Origin: Sulfolobales archaeon
GTDB lineage: Archaea; Thermoproteota; Thermoprotei_A; Sulfolobales; AG1
Reading direction: 5' to 3'
Assembly (NCBI GenBank): GCA_038867615.1
Contig: JAWBYA010000002.1
Coordinates: 96,001 to 160,000 of the forward strand
DNA: 64,000 nt
Shown: positions 20,362-31,146 of the stretch, one piece after another
Layout of the letters: the number at the start of each line of letters is the position of its first letter
Position numbering within the stretch: position 1 is the stretch's first letter
Position numbers and translations under genes: made by a program
Notes under the pieces: model-generated
What the model saw: only the letters and a program-made list of their open reading frames with translations
What the model was told of the DNA's origin: nothing
Databases searched by the model: none

Positions 20362-20803
20362 AATAACCGTGGTTAAAGGGGACGAGAGGTATAGGGAAGG
20401 GGAAGTAATAGATCTTTTCGAAGCATCCTATCTAGTCTATAGCGGGAGGGCAAAGGCTATCGATGAAAAAGGCGAAGAGCTTGGAGTAAAAGAGCTCTTT
20501 ATGAGATATGCCAGCGGCGACCTATGGTGGATATACTTCACAGTATTTACAGACCTAGCATCCAGGGGGAGGAGGATTAGGAGAGGCTATGGCGAGAGGA
20601 GCATCATAGTCGAGCATGAGGGTGAGAAATACATGGTATATGTTACAGAAGAGGGTGCTAGAGTACCTCTCATAACCCTCCTCTCATGGATCGAGAGCTC
20701 CCAGCATAAAGACCTGATCCCGGTCATAGCGGTTGTCGACATGTATGGTGATGTCACATACTACCAGGCTATGAGTGTATCCCTAAAAAGGCTACAGCTA
20801 TAG
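20336..20803 (+). CDS. tRNA-splicing endonuclease structural (beta-type) subunit
   Basis: LFEASYL, VFTDLASRG, IAVVDMYGDVTYY; EndA-like fold without the catalytic motif. Confidence 0.75.
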   Translation: MIVIRAGDKITVVKGDERYREGEVIDLFEASYLVYSGRAKAIDEKGEELGVKELFMRYASGDLWWIYFTVFTDLASRGRRIRRGYGERSIIVEHEGEKYMVYVTEEGARVPLITLLSWIESSQHKDLIPVIAVVDMYGDVTYYQAMSVSLKRLQL

Positions 20804-20888
20804 CATCTAACGGTATCTCACCTTATAGATAGCATCGCCTTTAGAATCAGTCTGTTTAAGAACATATGCCTAGAAACCCGAACCTCGG

Positions 20889-21710
20889 CTAACCCTGTCT
20901 TTTGATATAGCTATTTATATAGCTATTCTTGATAGCCCTAACCACCAATCCGCTGAAGTGGTGGGCAAGCCATCTCAATAGCCTGTATCTAGAACCAATC
21001 ACTATATCGCCATTAAACCCAGGATCCTTTATCCTCCTAACAACCTCGTCAGCAACCTCGCTACTCCTAAGCACAGGAGCTAGGAAAGAGCCCCTAACAC
21101 TCCATCTATGTTTCATAGAGCTGCTGGTGAGAACAACGCTCTTGTGGAAATCCGTGTCAACATATCCCGGGTAGACCCCTATGACTCTTATCCCATAGGG
21201 GCTGAGCTCTATCCTGAGCGTGTCTGTGAGGGCTTTGAGAGCAGCTTTAGTGGCATTATATAGGGAGAGCCATGGTATTGGAGTGTATACAGCTAGGGTT
21301 ACTATATTCACTATACAGCCGCCCCCTGCTTTCTTCATATATCTAGACGCCTCTCTCATAAGAATCGTTGGTGAGATCACGTTGACCCAGAAGATCCTCT
21401 GGATATCCTCATCATTAACCTCATCTATAGGACCATAGACAGCGAACCCAGCATTGTTGACAAGAACATCTATCCTGCCCAGCTTCTCAATAACAGATCT
21501 AACAAGGTTCGAAGAATCACTATACATAGATAGATCTGCCTTAAAAACCTCAGCCCTACCCCCAATGCTAGCTATATCGTCCGCAACTTTCTCAAGAATC
21601 TCAACTCTTCTAGCAACTAGAGCAACACTATATCCCTCCCTAGCGAGCATCAGAGCTAGATCTCTCCCAATGCCTGATGACGCTCCGGTCACAAGCGCAA
21701 CCTTCGACAT
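20889..21710 (-). CDS. Short-chain dehydrogenase/reductase
   Basis: TGASSGIG, NNAG, YNATK. Confidence 0.93.
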   Translation of the reverse strand: MSKVALVTGASSGIGRDLALMLAREGYSVALVARRVEILEKVADDIASIGGRAEVFKADLSMYSDSSNLVRSVIEKLGRIDVLVNNAGFAVYGPIDEVNDEDIQRIFWVNVISPTILMREASRYMKKAGGGCIVNIVTLAVYTPIPWLSLYNATKAALKALTDTLRIELSPYGIRVIGVYPGYVDTDFHKSVVLTSSSMKHRWSVRGSFLAPVLRSSEVADEVVRRIKDPGFNGDIVIGSRYRLLRWLAHHFSGLVVRAIKNSYINSYIKRQG

Positions 21711-21893
21711 ACCGAACCCCCTAAACCTCAAAAGTACTGCGAGGCAGGTTAAATTAGAGGGGCTTCTTAACCTAAGAAGCGATCTAGGAACAGCACCTGA
21801 CCAGTATCGACTTGTTATTTACTAAGGATCCCTTGTAGATCTTATCTATTTAAACCTACACGTTCCGAAACTAGTGAAGAGAAATCCATCTGG

Positions 21894-22742
21894 GTGCAGG
21901 ACTTGCATAGCGAGAACCCTGGGGATCATCTGGCTAGGGGTTTAACATATAGGGATCTGCTTAGCGATATATTGCCTCGAGACGTGCTTGAGAAGCTTCC
22001 CAGGAGTTTCGATATTGTTGGAGATATAGCTATTATAAGGATCGATGAGGAGGAATTGCTGAGATATGGTGGAGAGATCTCTAACGCTATAATGAAGATC
22101 CATAAGAGGGTTAGGGCTGTATATGCTAGAGGCCCTGCCAGAGGTTCGCTGAGGATCCAGCAGCTAGAACATCTTGGGGGTGAGAAAATAACAGAGACTA
22201 TATATAAAGAGAACGGCTTGAGATTCTCTGTAGATATAGCGAAGATGTATGTAAACCCAAGGCTTGGAAGCGAGAGGCTGAGGGTAGCAGCCGAGGTGAG
22301 CGATGGAGAACTTGTTCTAGATATGTTCTCAAGCTATGGGGCTTTTGCGATAAACATAGCGAGGATCAGGAGATGCTTGGTGGTTGCAAGCGATATAAAT
22401 AGTGATGCTGTTATCCATATGAGGAGATCTATATATATGAATAAGCTTTTAGGAGAGGTCATGCCGCTCGTATCCGATGCCAATAATATACCGCTCAGAA
22501 GGGTCTTCACTACCGTTATAGCTGATAACCCCACAAATATTCTGGAAAGCGTTGAAGCTATTACAAACGCTCTGGTAAAGGGTGGCAGAGCCTATATATA
22601 CGCACTTACAGATGAGCCGGAAGCTATGGGAAGGGAGATCGAGAGATCCTCAGGCTCTAGGCTCGCGATAAAGTCGTACTATAAAGTGAAGGAATACTCA
22701 CCAAGGCTAAACATATATAGATACCTCGCTATAAGGGTATAG
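21894..22742 (+). CDS. Trm5/Taw2-family tRNA methyltransferase
   Basis: PRSFDIVGDIAII, YKENG, NPRLGSER, VLDMFSSYGAF. Confidence 0.88.
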   Translation: MQDLHSENPGDHLARGLTYRDLLSDILPRDVLEKLPRSFDIVGDIAIIRIDEEELLRYGGEISNAIMKIHKRVRAVYARGPARGSLRIQQLEHLGGEKITETIYKENGLRFSVDIAKMYVNPRLGSERLRVAAEVSDGELVLDMFSSYGAFAINIARIRRCLVVASDINSDAVIHMRRSIYMNKLLGEVMPLVSDANNIPLRRVFTTVIADNPTNILESVEAITNALVKGGRAYIYALTDEPEAMGREIERSSGSRLAIKSYYKVKEYSPRLNIYRYLAIRV

Positions 22743-22843
22743 ATGGTTATGATGGATCTGTAGAAAAGCCTAAAAATATGTCAGGAATATCTATGAAAAG
22801 GATTAAGGGTAAAAAGGGATATTGATCTGATAGCAAGAAAGAT

Positions 22844-24196
22844 CTATCCATACATATCTCTAATCTTCTTTATATCATCCGGCGTGAGTGGTAGTGGGAC
22901 GCTTACCTCTCCACGCCTTATCTTATCCTCAAGCTCTTTAACGCCCTCCCACACCCATGATGGTATTGAGTCCCTCATAGCCTTAACCCTAGCCTTGATC
23001 TCTTCGGGCGGGGCTGGGAGTACTTTCTTACCTGTTAGCTTTTCAGCGTTTATACCCATCTGTATAAATTCGTCTAGATCCTGTAGCGTACTTACAGAGA
23101 TCCCTTCGGCTAGCTCGCCATCGATCTTAGTACCTATGCCTAGAAGAAGCACACCATTATTCCTCTTAACCACGTCTGTGAATTTATTCTCAAGGACGAG
23201 TTTGGTGGCTATATATACACCTTTATCTACTCTCTTCATCATAGATGCTATCACGAACCCAGGGTTGATCCAGTCCTGGTTGGCGTCAACACCTACCCAG
23301 AAGGGAGGCCCTCTGGTGAGGTTCCTAGCCTTGGCTATCTCCTCCACAGCCTGGTTTATACCCAGCCCGAGTGGGCCGGCAACGTTATATACGGCTATAG
23401 CGCCTTTCTCGTACATAGGCTTCGAAGCCGTGTAGCCTTTAATAACATCGCTGAAAGTACCTGTGTATGTCCATAGAACCCTGCTCTTAACAGGTGTTGC
23501 CCCTATCCCTGGAGGATCTCTGCCAAACTTAGACTTATACCACTCCAAAGCCCAGTTACAGCCCCACTTATACCCAGCCTCGAATTTCCAGAGGACGGGT
23601 ATCTCTATACCCAGAACCATCCCGACATATGGGTAGTTATATGCAGCTGCTGCTAGACATGCTAGGGCTCCTACTAAGGCGCTCCCCTTATGCTCCTCAA
23701 ACCTTATGTCGAGGAGGTTGGGCAAGGGATACTTATCTTTATACTTCTCCTTTACAATCTCCTGGGAGCTTGTATCTATTCCTGCGAAGAACTTGTTGGG
23801 GAATTCAAGGGCTACTGTGACTAGGGCTTCTGTTAATAGGAACCCGACCCCTACTATTAGCTTTACATCGGGATCCTGGGCTGCTGTCCTTAGGTTAGGT
23901 ATATAGTCCTGCTCGGTCTTGCTAACAAGCTCGACAACACCTACGCCAAAATCTCTTTTAGCATCATCGCCTCCCTTGAATGCCATGTCGTTGAAGCTGA
24001 GATCGCCTCTGCCACCTATATCAGACACTATAGCTATCTTGAACTTCTGTGCAGGCGTGGTCGGAACAGCTGCTGGCGCTCTTTGTTGCGTTACTACTAG
24101 ATAGCCTGCCACTGCAGCTATAATTACTACGAGTATTACTACGGCTATAACTGTTCTAGAGATTCCTTTGAGATTTCTGGCATGAAAAGTCGCCAT
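22844..24196 (-). CDS. BMP-family ABC substrate-binding protein (nucleoside/sugar)
   Basis: GGRGDLSFND, GVDANQD, SMMKRVD; N-terminal anchor. Confidence 0.92.
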   Translation of the reverse strand: MATFHARNLKGISRTVIAVVILVVIIAAVAGYLVVTQQRAPAAVPTTPAQKFKIAIVSDIGGRGDLSFNDMAFKGGDDAKRDFGVGVVELVSKTEQDYIPNLRTAAQDPDVKLIVGVGFLLTEALVTVALEFPNKFFAGIDTSSQEIVKEKYKDKYPLPNLLDIRFEEHKGSALVGALACLAAAAYNYPYVGMVLGIEIPVLWKFEAGYKWGCNWALEWYKSKFGRDPPGIGATPVKSRVLWTYTGTFSDVIKGYTASKPMYEKGAIAVYNVAGPLGLGINQAVEEIAKARNLTRGPPFWVGVDANQDWINPGFVIASMMKRVDKGVYIATKLVLENKFTDVVKRNNGVLLLGIGTKIDGELAEGISVSTLQDLDEFIQMGINAEKLTGKKVLPAPPEEIKARVKAMRDSIPSWVWEGVKELEDKIRRGEVSVPLPLTPDDIKKIRDMYG

Positions 24197-24543
24197 GAAA
24201 ATCTCCTCATTAAGATTAATGATTGGGAATATATAACCTTACCGATACCAATTATTAGCTTAATCTAAATTACATAAAATCCTAATAGTCATGTTAATAC
24301 CTCATATAGCTTTAACATTGCAGTAGGCTGTTTCATTTCTACAGGTTTCCTGCCTACAGCCTGTATAAACAAAGACCAAGATATGCATGATATAAAAACC
24401 AGGATATGGAGGTTTCTCTATGACATTGAGCCAGAGAGAGCTATGAAATTGAATAGGCCACATAGTATATACCAGACAATAATAAGAACCTCTAAGTTAG
24501 TAGAGCGAAAGACCGAGCATCTAGTATCAAACGATACTAGCTG

Positions 24544-26109
24544 CTATGAAGCCTGGACCCCGCCCATCATCAGGCCTATATCTACTCTTTTAGCCTCTTC
24601 CCTAGATAGGATTCCCAAGATCTTCCCATCATAGATCACGGCTATTCTATCGCTTAATTCCAGGATCTCGTCTAGATCCGATGATACGAGGAGTACGCCT
24701 GCTCCTCCATCCCTCAACTCTCTTAATATAGTTCTCACATAGCTTGTCGACGCTATATCGAGACCCCTGGTGGGGTTTGATGCTACAACTACCTTAGCTC
24801 CTTTGCTAAGCTCTCTAGCTATGACAAGCCTCTGCCTATTACCCCCACTCAATGCTCTTACCTTAGCATCCAAGGATTCAGCAGTTATTGAGAATCTTTT
24901 TATAAGTTCTTTAGCAAATTTCTTTACCGTATCCCAGTTTATGAGCCTAAGGATTATATTGTGGTGATATGCTGGGTTTCTTTGAAGACCTATAAGGACA
25001 TTCTCATAGATCTTCATATCAAGTGCTAGTGCGAGCCTATCTCTATCACTCGGTATATGGATTAGCCCTTGTTTATATATATAGCTAGGAGTTTTGTTTG
25101 TTATATCAACCCCGTCGAGGATTACAGAGCCTTTGAGAACACCCCTAAGCCCCGTAATAGCCTCTACAAGCTCCGACTGGCCGTTACCCTCAACACCGGC
25201 TATTCCTAATATCTCGCCCTGGAACAGATCCAGATCTATACCCTTAACAACAGGTCTCCCCAGATCGTCAAGCACCTCAAGACCCCTGACGCTAAGGATA
25301 GGCTTGTCAACAAATGCTTTTCTCTCACTAGCAGTGACCTCTCTCCTAACTATGGCTTCTCCCCCAACCATGAGTTCAGAGAGCTTCTCAGGCGTAGCAC
25401 TCCTAGTACTCATCTCACCAGCTACAAGGCCCCTTCTAAGAACCACCACTCTATCTGTTATATCGATAACCTCCCTTATCCTGTGGGTTATAAATATCAC
25501 TGCAGCTCCCTTTTGCGCCAACTCCTTGATAAATCTAAACAGCTCTCTAGCCTCGTAAGGTGTTAAGAGGCTTGTAGGTTCGTCTAGGATCAGGACATCG
25601 GCTCCTATGAAGATCGCTTTAAGGATCTCCGCCCTCTGCCTAACCCCTACCGGGAGGTTCTCAACAGGGATATCTAGAGGTACATCGAGACCGAGCACGC
25701 TCAATAGCTTCTTAGCCTTCTCTCTAACAATATCGAGGTCTAAGCCCTTGAGCGTCGTCAGAAAGCCCTTTCCATGGACAAGGCATAGGTTCTCAAGCAC
25801 TGTGAATGAGGGTACTAAGGAGAAGTGCTGGTGAACCATATATATACCCCTATTAATGGCATCCGAGGGGTCTCGGAACCTGACCTCTTTCCCATCAATA
25901 TATATCAAACCCTTGGTCGGTCTCAAAAACCCGGATAGGATCTTCATGAGGGTTGTCTTCCCAGCACCGTTCTCACCCAATAAGCCCAAGACCTCCCCTC
26001 TATAAATATCTAGATCAACTCCTCTGAGCGCTAAAGTGCCATCTTGGTATATCTTGACTATACCACGCATAGAGATATGCGGTCTATCGCGACTCCCAGA
26101 ATCGCCCAT
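24544..26109 (-). CDS. CUT2-type ABC ATP-binding protein (fused NBDs)
   Basis: GENGAGKT, ILDEPT, GIAGVEGNGQ, LSGGNRQ, PTRGLD. Confidence 0.93.
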   Translation of the reverse strand: MGDSGSRDRPHISMRGIVKIYQDGTLALRGVDLDIYRGEVLGLLGENGAGKTTLMKILSGFLRPTKGLIYIDGKEVRFRDPSDAINRGIYMVHQHFSLVPSFTVLENLCLVHGKGFLTTLKGLDLDIVREKAKKLLSVLGLDVPLDIPVENLPVGVRQRAEILKAIFIGADVLILDEPTSLLTPYEARELFRFIKELAQKGAAVIFITHRIREVIDITDRVVVLRRGLVAGEMSTRSATPEKLSELMVGGEAIVRREVTASERKAFVDKPILSVRGLEVLDDLGRPVVKGIDLDLFQGEILGIAGVEGNGQSELVEAITGLRGVLKGSVILDGVDITNKTPSYIYKQGLIHIPSDRDRLALALDMKIYENVLIGLQRNPAYHHNIILRLINWDTVKKFAKELIKRFSITAESLDAKVRALSGGNRQRLVIARELSKGAKVVVASNPTRGLDIASTSYVRTILRELRDGGAGVLLVSSDLDEILELSDRIAVIYDGKILGILSREEAKRVDIGLMMGGVQAS

Positions 26110-26307
26110 TACCGGTACACCGATACCATGATTATTATACAATAGCTCGTTATAATAATAACAAAATATAACTAACAATATAGCGATAGAGCCGTGAGAC
26201 AGGCTGGAAACCGAGATCGTAAGCCCTGCACACTAGAAGGCGAAACCGTTCCAAAGACTTCGCGAAATTATAACCCCATGGTACCCCGGATTAAACAGTA
26301 GTGTAAT

Positions 26308-27288
26308 TTATTCTCTAGAATAGGGGATCCCAAGAGCCCTGGGAAGTTTTCTTCCCTTAACAGCTATCGCCACTACCGCTAGTGTCACTATGTATGGTAG
26401 TGCTAGTATAAATTGATAGGGAACACTCTCCTTAACACCCGGGGTAATAGCTATTACAGGGGCAAGGGCGTCTGCTAGGCCGAATATCAAGGCGAACCCC
26501 AGGGATCCCATTGGCTCTAGGTTTGAAGATATCACGCAGGCAAGGGCTATGAAACCCCTTCCAGCTGTGAACTCCTTAGTTATGCTTCCAAAGAAGTCCA
26601 GCGGCATGAAGGCGCCTCCAAGACCTGCTAGGAATCCTCCTATAGTTGGTGTGATCATCCTTATCATATTAACGTTGTGGCCAGCGGCGTCGAGAGCCTC
26701 TGGTGCTTCACCTGCAGCCTTTATCCAGAGGCCTAGGTATGTTTTGTGGAGAATTATGTGGAGGGCTATAGCGATCACTATGGCTGCTATGGTGACTATT
26801 GATATCTGGAAGCCATATATATCTAGCCTCTCTATGAGTACCTCTTTTGGCGGTAGATGGAGTCCTGGGAAGCCCCATATAGCTCTTAGGAGAAACGGTG
26901 TTATGCCCATCGCTGCTATATTTAGCCCCATACCCATTATTATCTGATCAGCCTTGCCGTATATACTCACCACAGCCATGATAAACCCTATGAGGGCTCC
27001 TACAAGCCCCCCGAATAATAGCCCTAAGTAGCCGTTGCCTAGAGCCTCAGCCATATATACGCCTGCTATTGCAGATATGGCAAATATACCTTCAATCCCT
27101 ATGTTCACCATACCAGCCCTCTGATTTAGTGCCTCTCCAGCTGCTGCCAGCGCTAGTGGTGTCATAGCTAGAAGTGTTGTTTGTATAAGGGCCTTTGGAT
27201 CTGTTCCCAGCGATTGCTGTAGGAGTATAAGGATCGCTGATAGGATCGCGACGTAGATTGACAGCCTAACAATACCTCTTATCATCAT
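26308..27288 (-). CDS. Nucleoside-type ABC permease
   Basis: GMVNIGIEG, GRGFIALA, LPYIVTL, PRALGIPY. Confidence 0.92.
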   Translation of the reverse strand: MMIRGIVRLSIYVAILSAILILLQQSLGTDPKALIQTTLLAMTPLALAAAGEALNQRAGMVNIGIEGIFAISAIAGVYMAEALGNGYLGLLFGGLVGALIGFIMAVVSIYGKADQIIMGMGLNIAAMGITPFLLRAIWGFPGLHLPPKEVLIERLDIYGFQISIVTIAAIVIAIALHIILHKTYLGLWIKAAGEAPEALDAAGHNVNMIRMITPTIGGFLAGLGGAFMPLDFFGSITKEFTAGRGFIALACVISSNLEPMGSLGFALIFGLADALAPVIAITPGVKESVPYQFILALPYIVTLAVVAIAVKGRKLPRALGIPYSRE

Positions 27289-28337
27289 CTCCTCACCAGC
27301 CTCCCAAAGATTCTGAATAGCTCTGGCATTGAGAGCGATATAACGATCAAACCGTTTATTGCTTTGACAAGATCCGAATCGATCCCGGCGTAGTACTCCA
27401 TGAAGCGCCCACCATTCTTTATACCCCCGTATAGTATCGATGCAAGGATAATCCCTATAGGATTATTGCGCCCTATAAGTGCAACACCTATTCCCTCAAA
27501 GCCGTATCCCCATATGTTGCCCAGAGTACCGTAGATAGCATATGTGGGTGGTCTAGCAATCACCAGTAAACTCCCAGCTATCCCGGAAGCTATTCCTCCT
27601 AGTAGAAAGCTATAGATCATTATTTTTCTAACATTAACCCCCGCGTATCTCGCAACATCTGTCCCAGATCCTAGTAGGGAGATCTCGTAACCAAGAACAG
27701 ATCTAGATATTAGGAAGTAATATGCAAGAGCAGTTGCTATTGATATAAAGATCCCGCCTGTAAGCGTTGTCCCAGAAACTATTATCGAGAATCTAGAGCT
27801 CTCAAGAACAGAGAGAGTTTTCTCAGGTCTCGCGGGGTCGACGAGAATCTGGGATGATACATACATAGTTATATAATATGCTGTCCAGTTAAGCATAATA
27901 GTACTGAGCACCTCATGAACCCCTCTATAGACCTTAAGCAGTGCCGGAATCGATGCCCACAACATGCCAAATAGAGCCGAACCTATGAGGGTCAGAGCTA
28001 CATGGGCATGGCCAGCATAGCTCAGAGAAGCCGAACCTATGGCTACTGCTGCCAAGGCTCCCATATAAACCTGACCCTCGGATCCTATGTTAAAGAGCCC
28101 CGTTCTAATACCAATGGCGAAAGTAAGCCCTGTTAGTGCTAGAGGCATTGAATATGAAAGAGTCTCTGCCAATGCTACAGTGTTCCCAAAAGCCCCGATG
28201 AATAGGCCTAGATACCCAGCTACAGGATCATATCTATATATATAGATCAATAACGCCCCTACTCCAAGCCCTATGAGAAGGGCTAACAAGCTCTCTAGAA
28301 ATGGCTGAACCTTGTGAAGAAAACCCCCCGCCCCCAA
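27285..28337 (-). CDS. Nucleoside-type ABC permease
   Basis: GLFNIGSEGQ, EVLSTIMLN, GFEGIGVALIGRNNP. Confidence 0.92.
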   Translation of the reverse strand: MGAGGFLHKVQPFLESLLALLIGLGVGALLIYIYRYDPVAGYLGLFIGAFGNTVALAETLSYSMPLALTGLTFAIGIRTGLFNIGSEGQVYMGALAAVAIGSASLSYAGHAHVALTLIGSALFGMLWASIPALLKVYRGVHEVLSTIMLNWTAYYITMYVSSQILVDPARPEKTLSVLESSRFSIIVSGTTLTGGIFISIATALAYYFLISRSVLGYEISLLGSGTDVARYAGVNVRKIMIYSFLLGGIASGIAGSLLVIARPPTYAIYGTLGNIWGYGFEGIGVALIGRNNPIGIILASILYGGIKNGGRFMEYYAGIDSDLVKAINGLIVISLSMPELFRIFGRLVRR

Positions 28338-28521
28338 CTAAATCCCGGTAATGGTTATGTAACAGCTTTAAATAAGCCGAAGAAGCTAATAGATCGCTGG
28401 GTTTAAAATATCCTATGGTCATGTGGAAATGAGGGTGCTTTATGATAGTCAGTATTTTTGTTCTAATGCTATGAGACCTGAACCCATAACCCCTATAATA
28501 TTCCATCCATAATTTTTTTAT

Positions 28522-29649
28522 GTGTCCAGCATGGGGGGAAGGGTCTGGCTAGTCACGGCATCTATATACGTGCTTGACAATCTATGGGGTTTTAGGGTTA
28601 AAGGCGATCTAGAAGATATAGAGAGGATCATAGTAGTCGATGAGGGGGATGAGAGGGTTAGGCAAGAATCGCTCAAAATGTTAAAAGGTCTCGACATAGA
28701 GTTCCACGGACCGAGGGAGAGGGAGGCTTTCTTCAGATCTAGATATGGCTCTTCTTATGAGAAATACTTATCCCTCATACCCGAGAGATCCCATGCAGAG
28801 ACAAGCTACGGCTTTCTCCTAGCATATGAGGCTGGCGCTGACTATATAATAGAGATCGATGACGATGTATATCCTGAGCACAGTTACGATCTCGTCAAGG
28901 ATCATTTATCGTCTCTGACTAATAGCAACGGTGTTGGTATTGAGTCTCCTGGGAGGTGGATAAATACTGTCGACTTCCTCGAACTGAGGCCAAGTATGAG
29001 CCTATTCCCCAGGGGACATCCATATGATCCCTCGACAAGGGTTGGGAATTATAATCGCAGCGTTCAGGATGCTGAGTGTGTGTTGAATATGGGGCTTTGG
29101 ACGGGGCATCCGGATCTAGATGCTCTCACAATACTCTATCTAGGTGGTATGGATGGGAGGGCTCCTGTGGAGTCTACCGGTATTAAGGAGGAGAGGGTTA
29201 TACCTCTTCCGGGGAACTACTTTGCTGTATGTTCGATGAATACTTCTTTCTCGAGAAAAATAGTACCGGCGTTCTACCAGCTATATATGAGGTATATGGG
29301 TATTGATAGGTTTGACGACATATGGTCAGGGATCATTATCAAGAAGATCGCAGATAGTATCGGTGATAAAATATGCTTTGGAAAACCAGCGGCAAAGCAT
29401 ATGAAGAGACCGAGATCCGTGTGGAAAGATCTGAGGGCTGAGTTGGAGGGTATGATAATAAACGAGATTCTATGGAGAATCATAGATCGTGCCGATATAT
29501 CGAGTAAAAGCTATCAGGACGCATATTTAGAGATGGCAAACCATATCGAGAGAAGCCTGGGAGAGTTCAAGGAAGAGCTTCACAGAAAATTCATAGCAAC
29601 CCAGGTTGAGAAGATGAGAATATGGGTTGATGCTATCGATAAGCTCTAA
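28522..29649 (+). CDS. Reversibly glycosylated polypeptide / GT75 family protein (UDP-sugar mutase-like)
   Basis: IDDD, RGHPY, GLWTGHPDLDA, CSMNTSF and RFDDIWSG match plant RGP motifs (RGYPF, GLW...PDYDA, CGMN, RYDDMWAG). Confidence 0.8.
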   Translation: MSSMGGRVWLVTASIYVLDNLWGFRVKGDLEDIERIIVVDEGDERVRQESLKMLKGLDIEFHGPREREAFFRSRYGSSYEKYLSLIPERSHAETSYGFLLAYEAGADYIIEIDDDVYPEHSYDLVKDHLSSLTNSNGVGIESPGRWINTVDFLELRPSMSLFPRGHPYDPSTRVGNYNRSVQDAECVLNMGLWTGHPDLDALTILYLGGMDGRAPVESTGIKEERVIPLPGNYFAVCSMNTSFSRKIVPAFYQLYMRYMGIDRFDDIWSGIIIKKIADSIGDKICFGKPAAKHMKRPRSVWKDLRAELEGMIINEILWRIIDRADISSKSYQDAYLEMANHIERSLGEFKEELHRKFIATQVEKMRIWVDAIDKL

Positions 29650-29708
29650 TCCCTAATTATTATGTGAGATATAAAACGAATATGTAGCGATCAAAAATAG
29701 GTTTTGAT

Positions 29709-31079
29709 CTATATTCTCTTGATCCACCTAACAGCGTCGGAGCTTGTATCAACAACAGCCACTTTCTCCCAAGAGGGCTTGCCGTCTTTCACAACCACAG
29801 CCCACACGTCATAGTCACCGCCAGCTCTGTCTCCGTTATCATCAAGGATCGTCCATCCAGAGACACCGAAATAGCTTCTAGCTACCTGCAGCATAGAGTT
29901 CTTTATAGCCTCTCCATCATATTTACCAGCCTGTATTATGGCAAGCCCCAGTAGCCATACACAGTCATACGCTGTGGTAGGATATGTTCCTGGAAACTCG
30001 CGTGTCTTAGCCCTAAACTTATTCACAAACTCTGTGAACTTGGGGCTCTCGGTTGGGGCGAATATTGTTGCCAGGTGTTTAACCTTAACGAGCTGAGCCC
30101 CGGCTGCTTCCAAGATTTTCAGGTTCATTGCTGTTCCATCGCTTCCGAACCAGGTTACGCCCATAAGCTCTGGGTAACCCCCAGCTTGCGCTGTTATGGT
30201 TCCCGCCTCCTCGAAGCTTATTAGAAGTACACCAACAGCTTTATCGCCATATCTGCTTACAGCGCTCTTTACAGCTGATGCTGCCGCGGCAAGCTCTGCT
30301 GAGAAGTCGCCCTTCTTAGGATCGTATCCGACCTTGCCGAGAACGGTGCCTCCTATCTCCTTATACCTAGCCTCTGTAGCATCCGCAAGACCCTTACCCC
30401 AGGCATCGTTTCTGTAGAGGATATAGGTGTACTTTACACCATAGTCTATCAGTAGCCTTGCTATAGCCTTGCCCTGGAAGAAGTCGTTTGGAACGTTTCT
30501 AAATATATAGTCAGGCACAGCTAGATCAGGTGCGGTTGACGACTGGCTGCACACAACGATCTTGTTACCATCTGCATAGCTCTTCAGATTCCTAACCTCA
30601 GCACTGGTCATGGGCCCAACAACAGCCCTCACACCCCTAGCATAAAGACTCTGGAGCTTAGCGAGAGCCGTTGTTGGATCTGTAGCGCTATCCTCGATAA
30701 GGAGTCTAAATGTTACTGGGAGCCCTAATGCCTTTACATAGCTATTGAGATCTTCCACAGCTATCTCAACAGCAGCCTTATTCAATGCACCCTCGCTTGC
30801 AAGATCGCCGCTTAGCGGTATCAATACCCCTATAGGTATCTCTCCTGATAGTGCTGCTACTGGCTGTGTAACTGTTACCCTCACAGTAGCTGTAGTCGCT
30901 ATAGTTGCTGTCTGTGTAACTGTTTGTGTAACCGCACCTGCTGCCTGAGTTACTGTTACGGTGGATACCTTTGGCGGTGCTGCCGCACCACCGATCGCAT
31001 AGCCTGCGGCTATACCGATTATGAGAACCACTACTAACATAGCGACCTGTGTCGGGGATACCGCCCTCAAACTAAACAC
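29709..31079 (-). CDS. Branched-chain amino acid (Liv-type) ABC substrate-binding protein with Thr-rich linker
   Basis: IGVLIPLSG, VVGPMTS, AYDCVWL, GDRAGGDY. Confidence 0.9.
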   Translation of the reverse strand: MFSLRAVSPTQVAMLVVVLIIGIAAGYAIGGAAAPPKVSTVTVTQAAGAVTQTVTQTATIATTATVRVTVTQPVAALSGEIPIGVLIPLSGDLASEGALNKAAVEIAVEDLNSYVKALGLPVTFRLLIEDSATDPTTALAKLQSLYARGVRAVVGPMTSAEVRNLKSYADGNKIVVCSQSSTAPDLAVPDYIFRNVPNDFFQGKAIARLLIDYGVKYTYILYRNDAWGKGLADATEARYKEIGGTVLGKVGYDPKKGDFSAELAAAASAVKSAVSRYGDKAVGVLLISFEEAGTITAQAGGYPELMGVTWFGSDGTAMNLKILEAAGAQLVKVKHLATIFAPTESPKFTEFVNKFRAKTREFPGTYPTTAYDCVWLLGLAIIQAGKYDGEAIKNSMLQVARSYFGVSGWTILDDNGDRAGGDYDVWAVVVKDGKPSWEKVAVVDTSSDAVRWIKRI

Positions 31080-31146
31080 CTACTTTACCATATATTATAT
31101 ATGGGGATATATAAGTATTGACAAAAATAGAAAGTAGGTTTAGATT

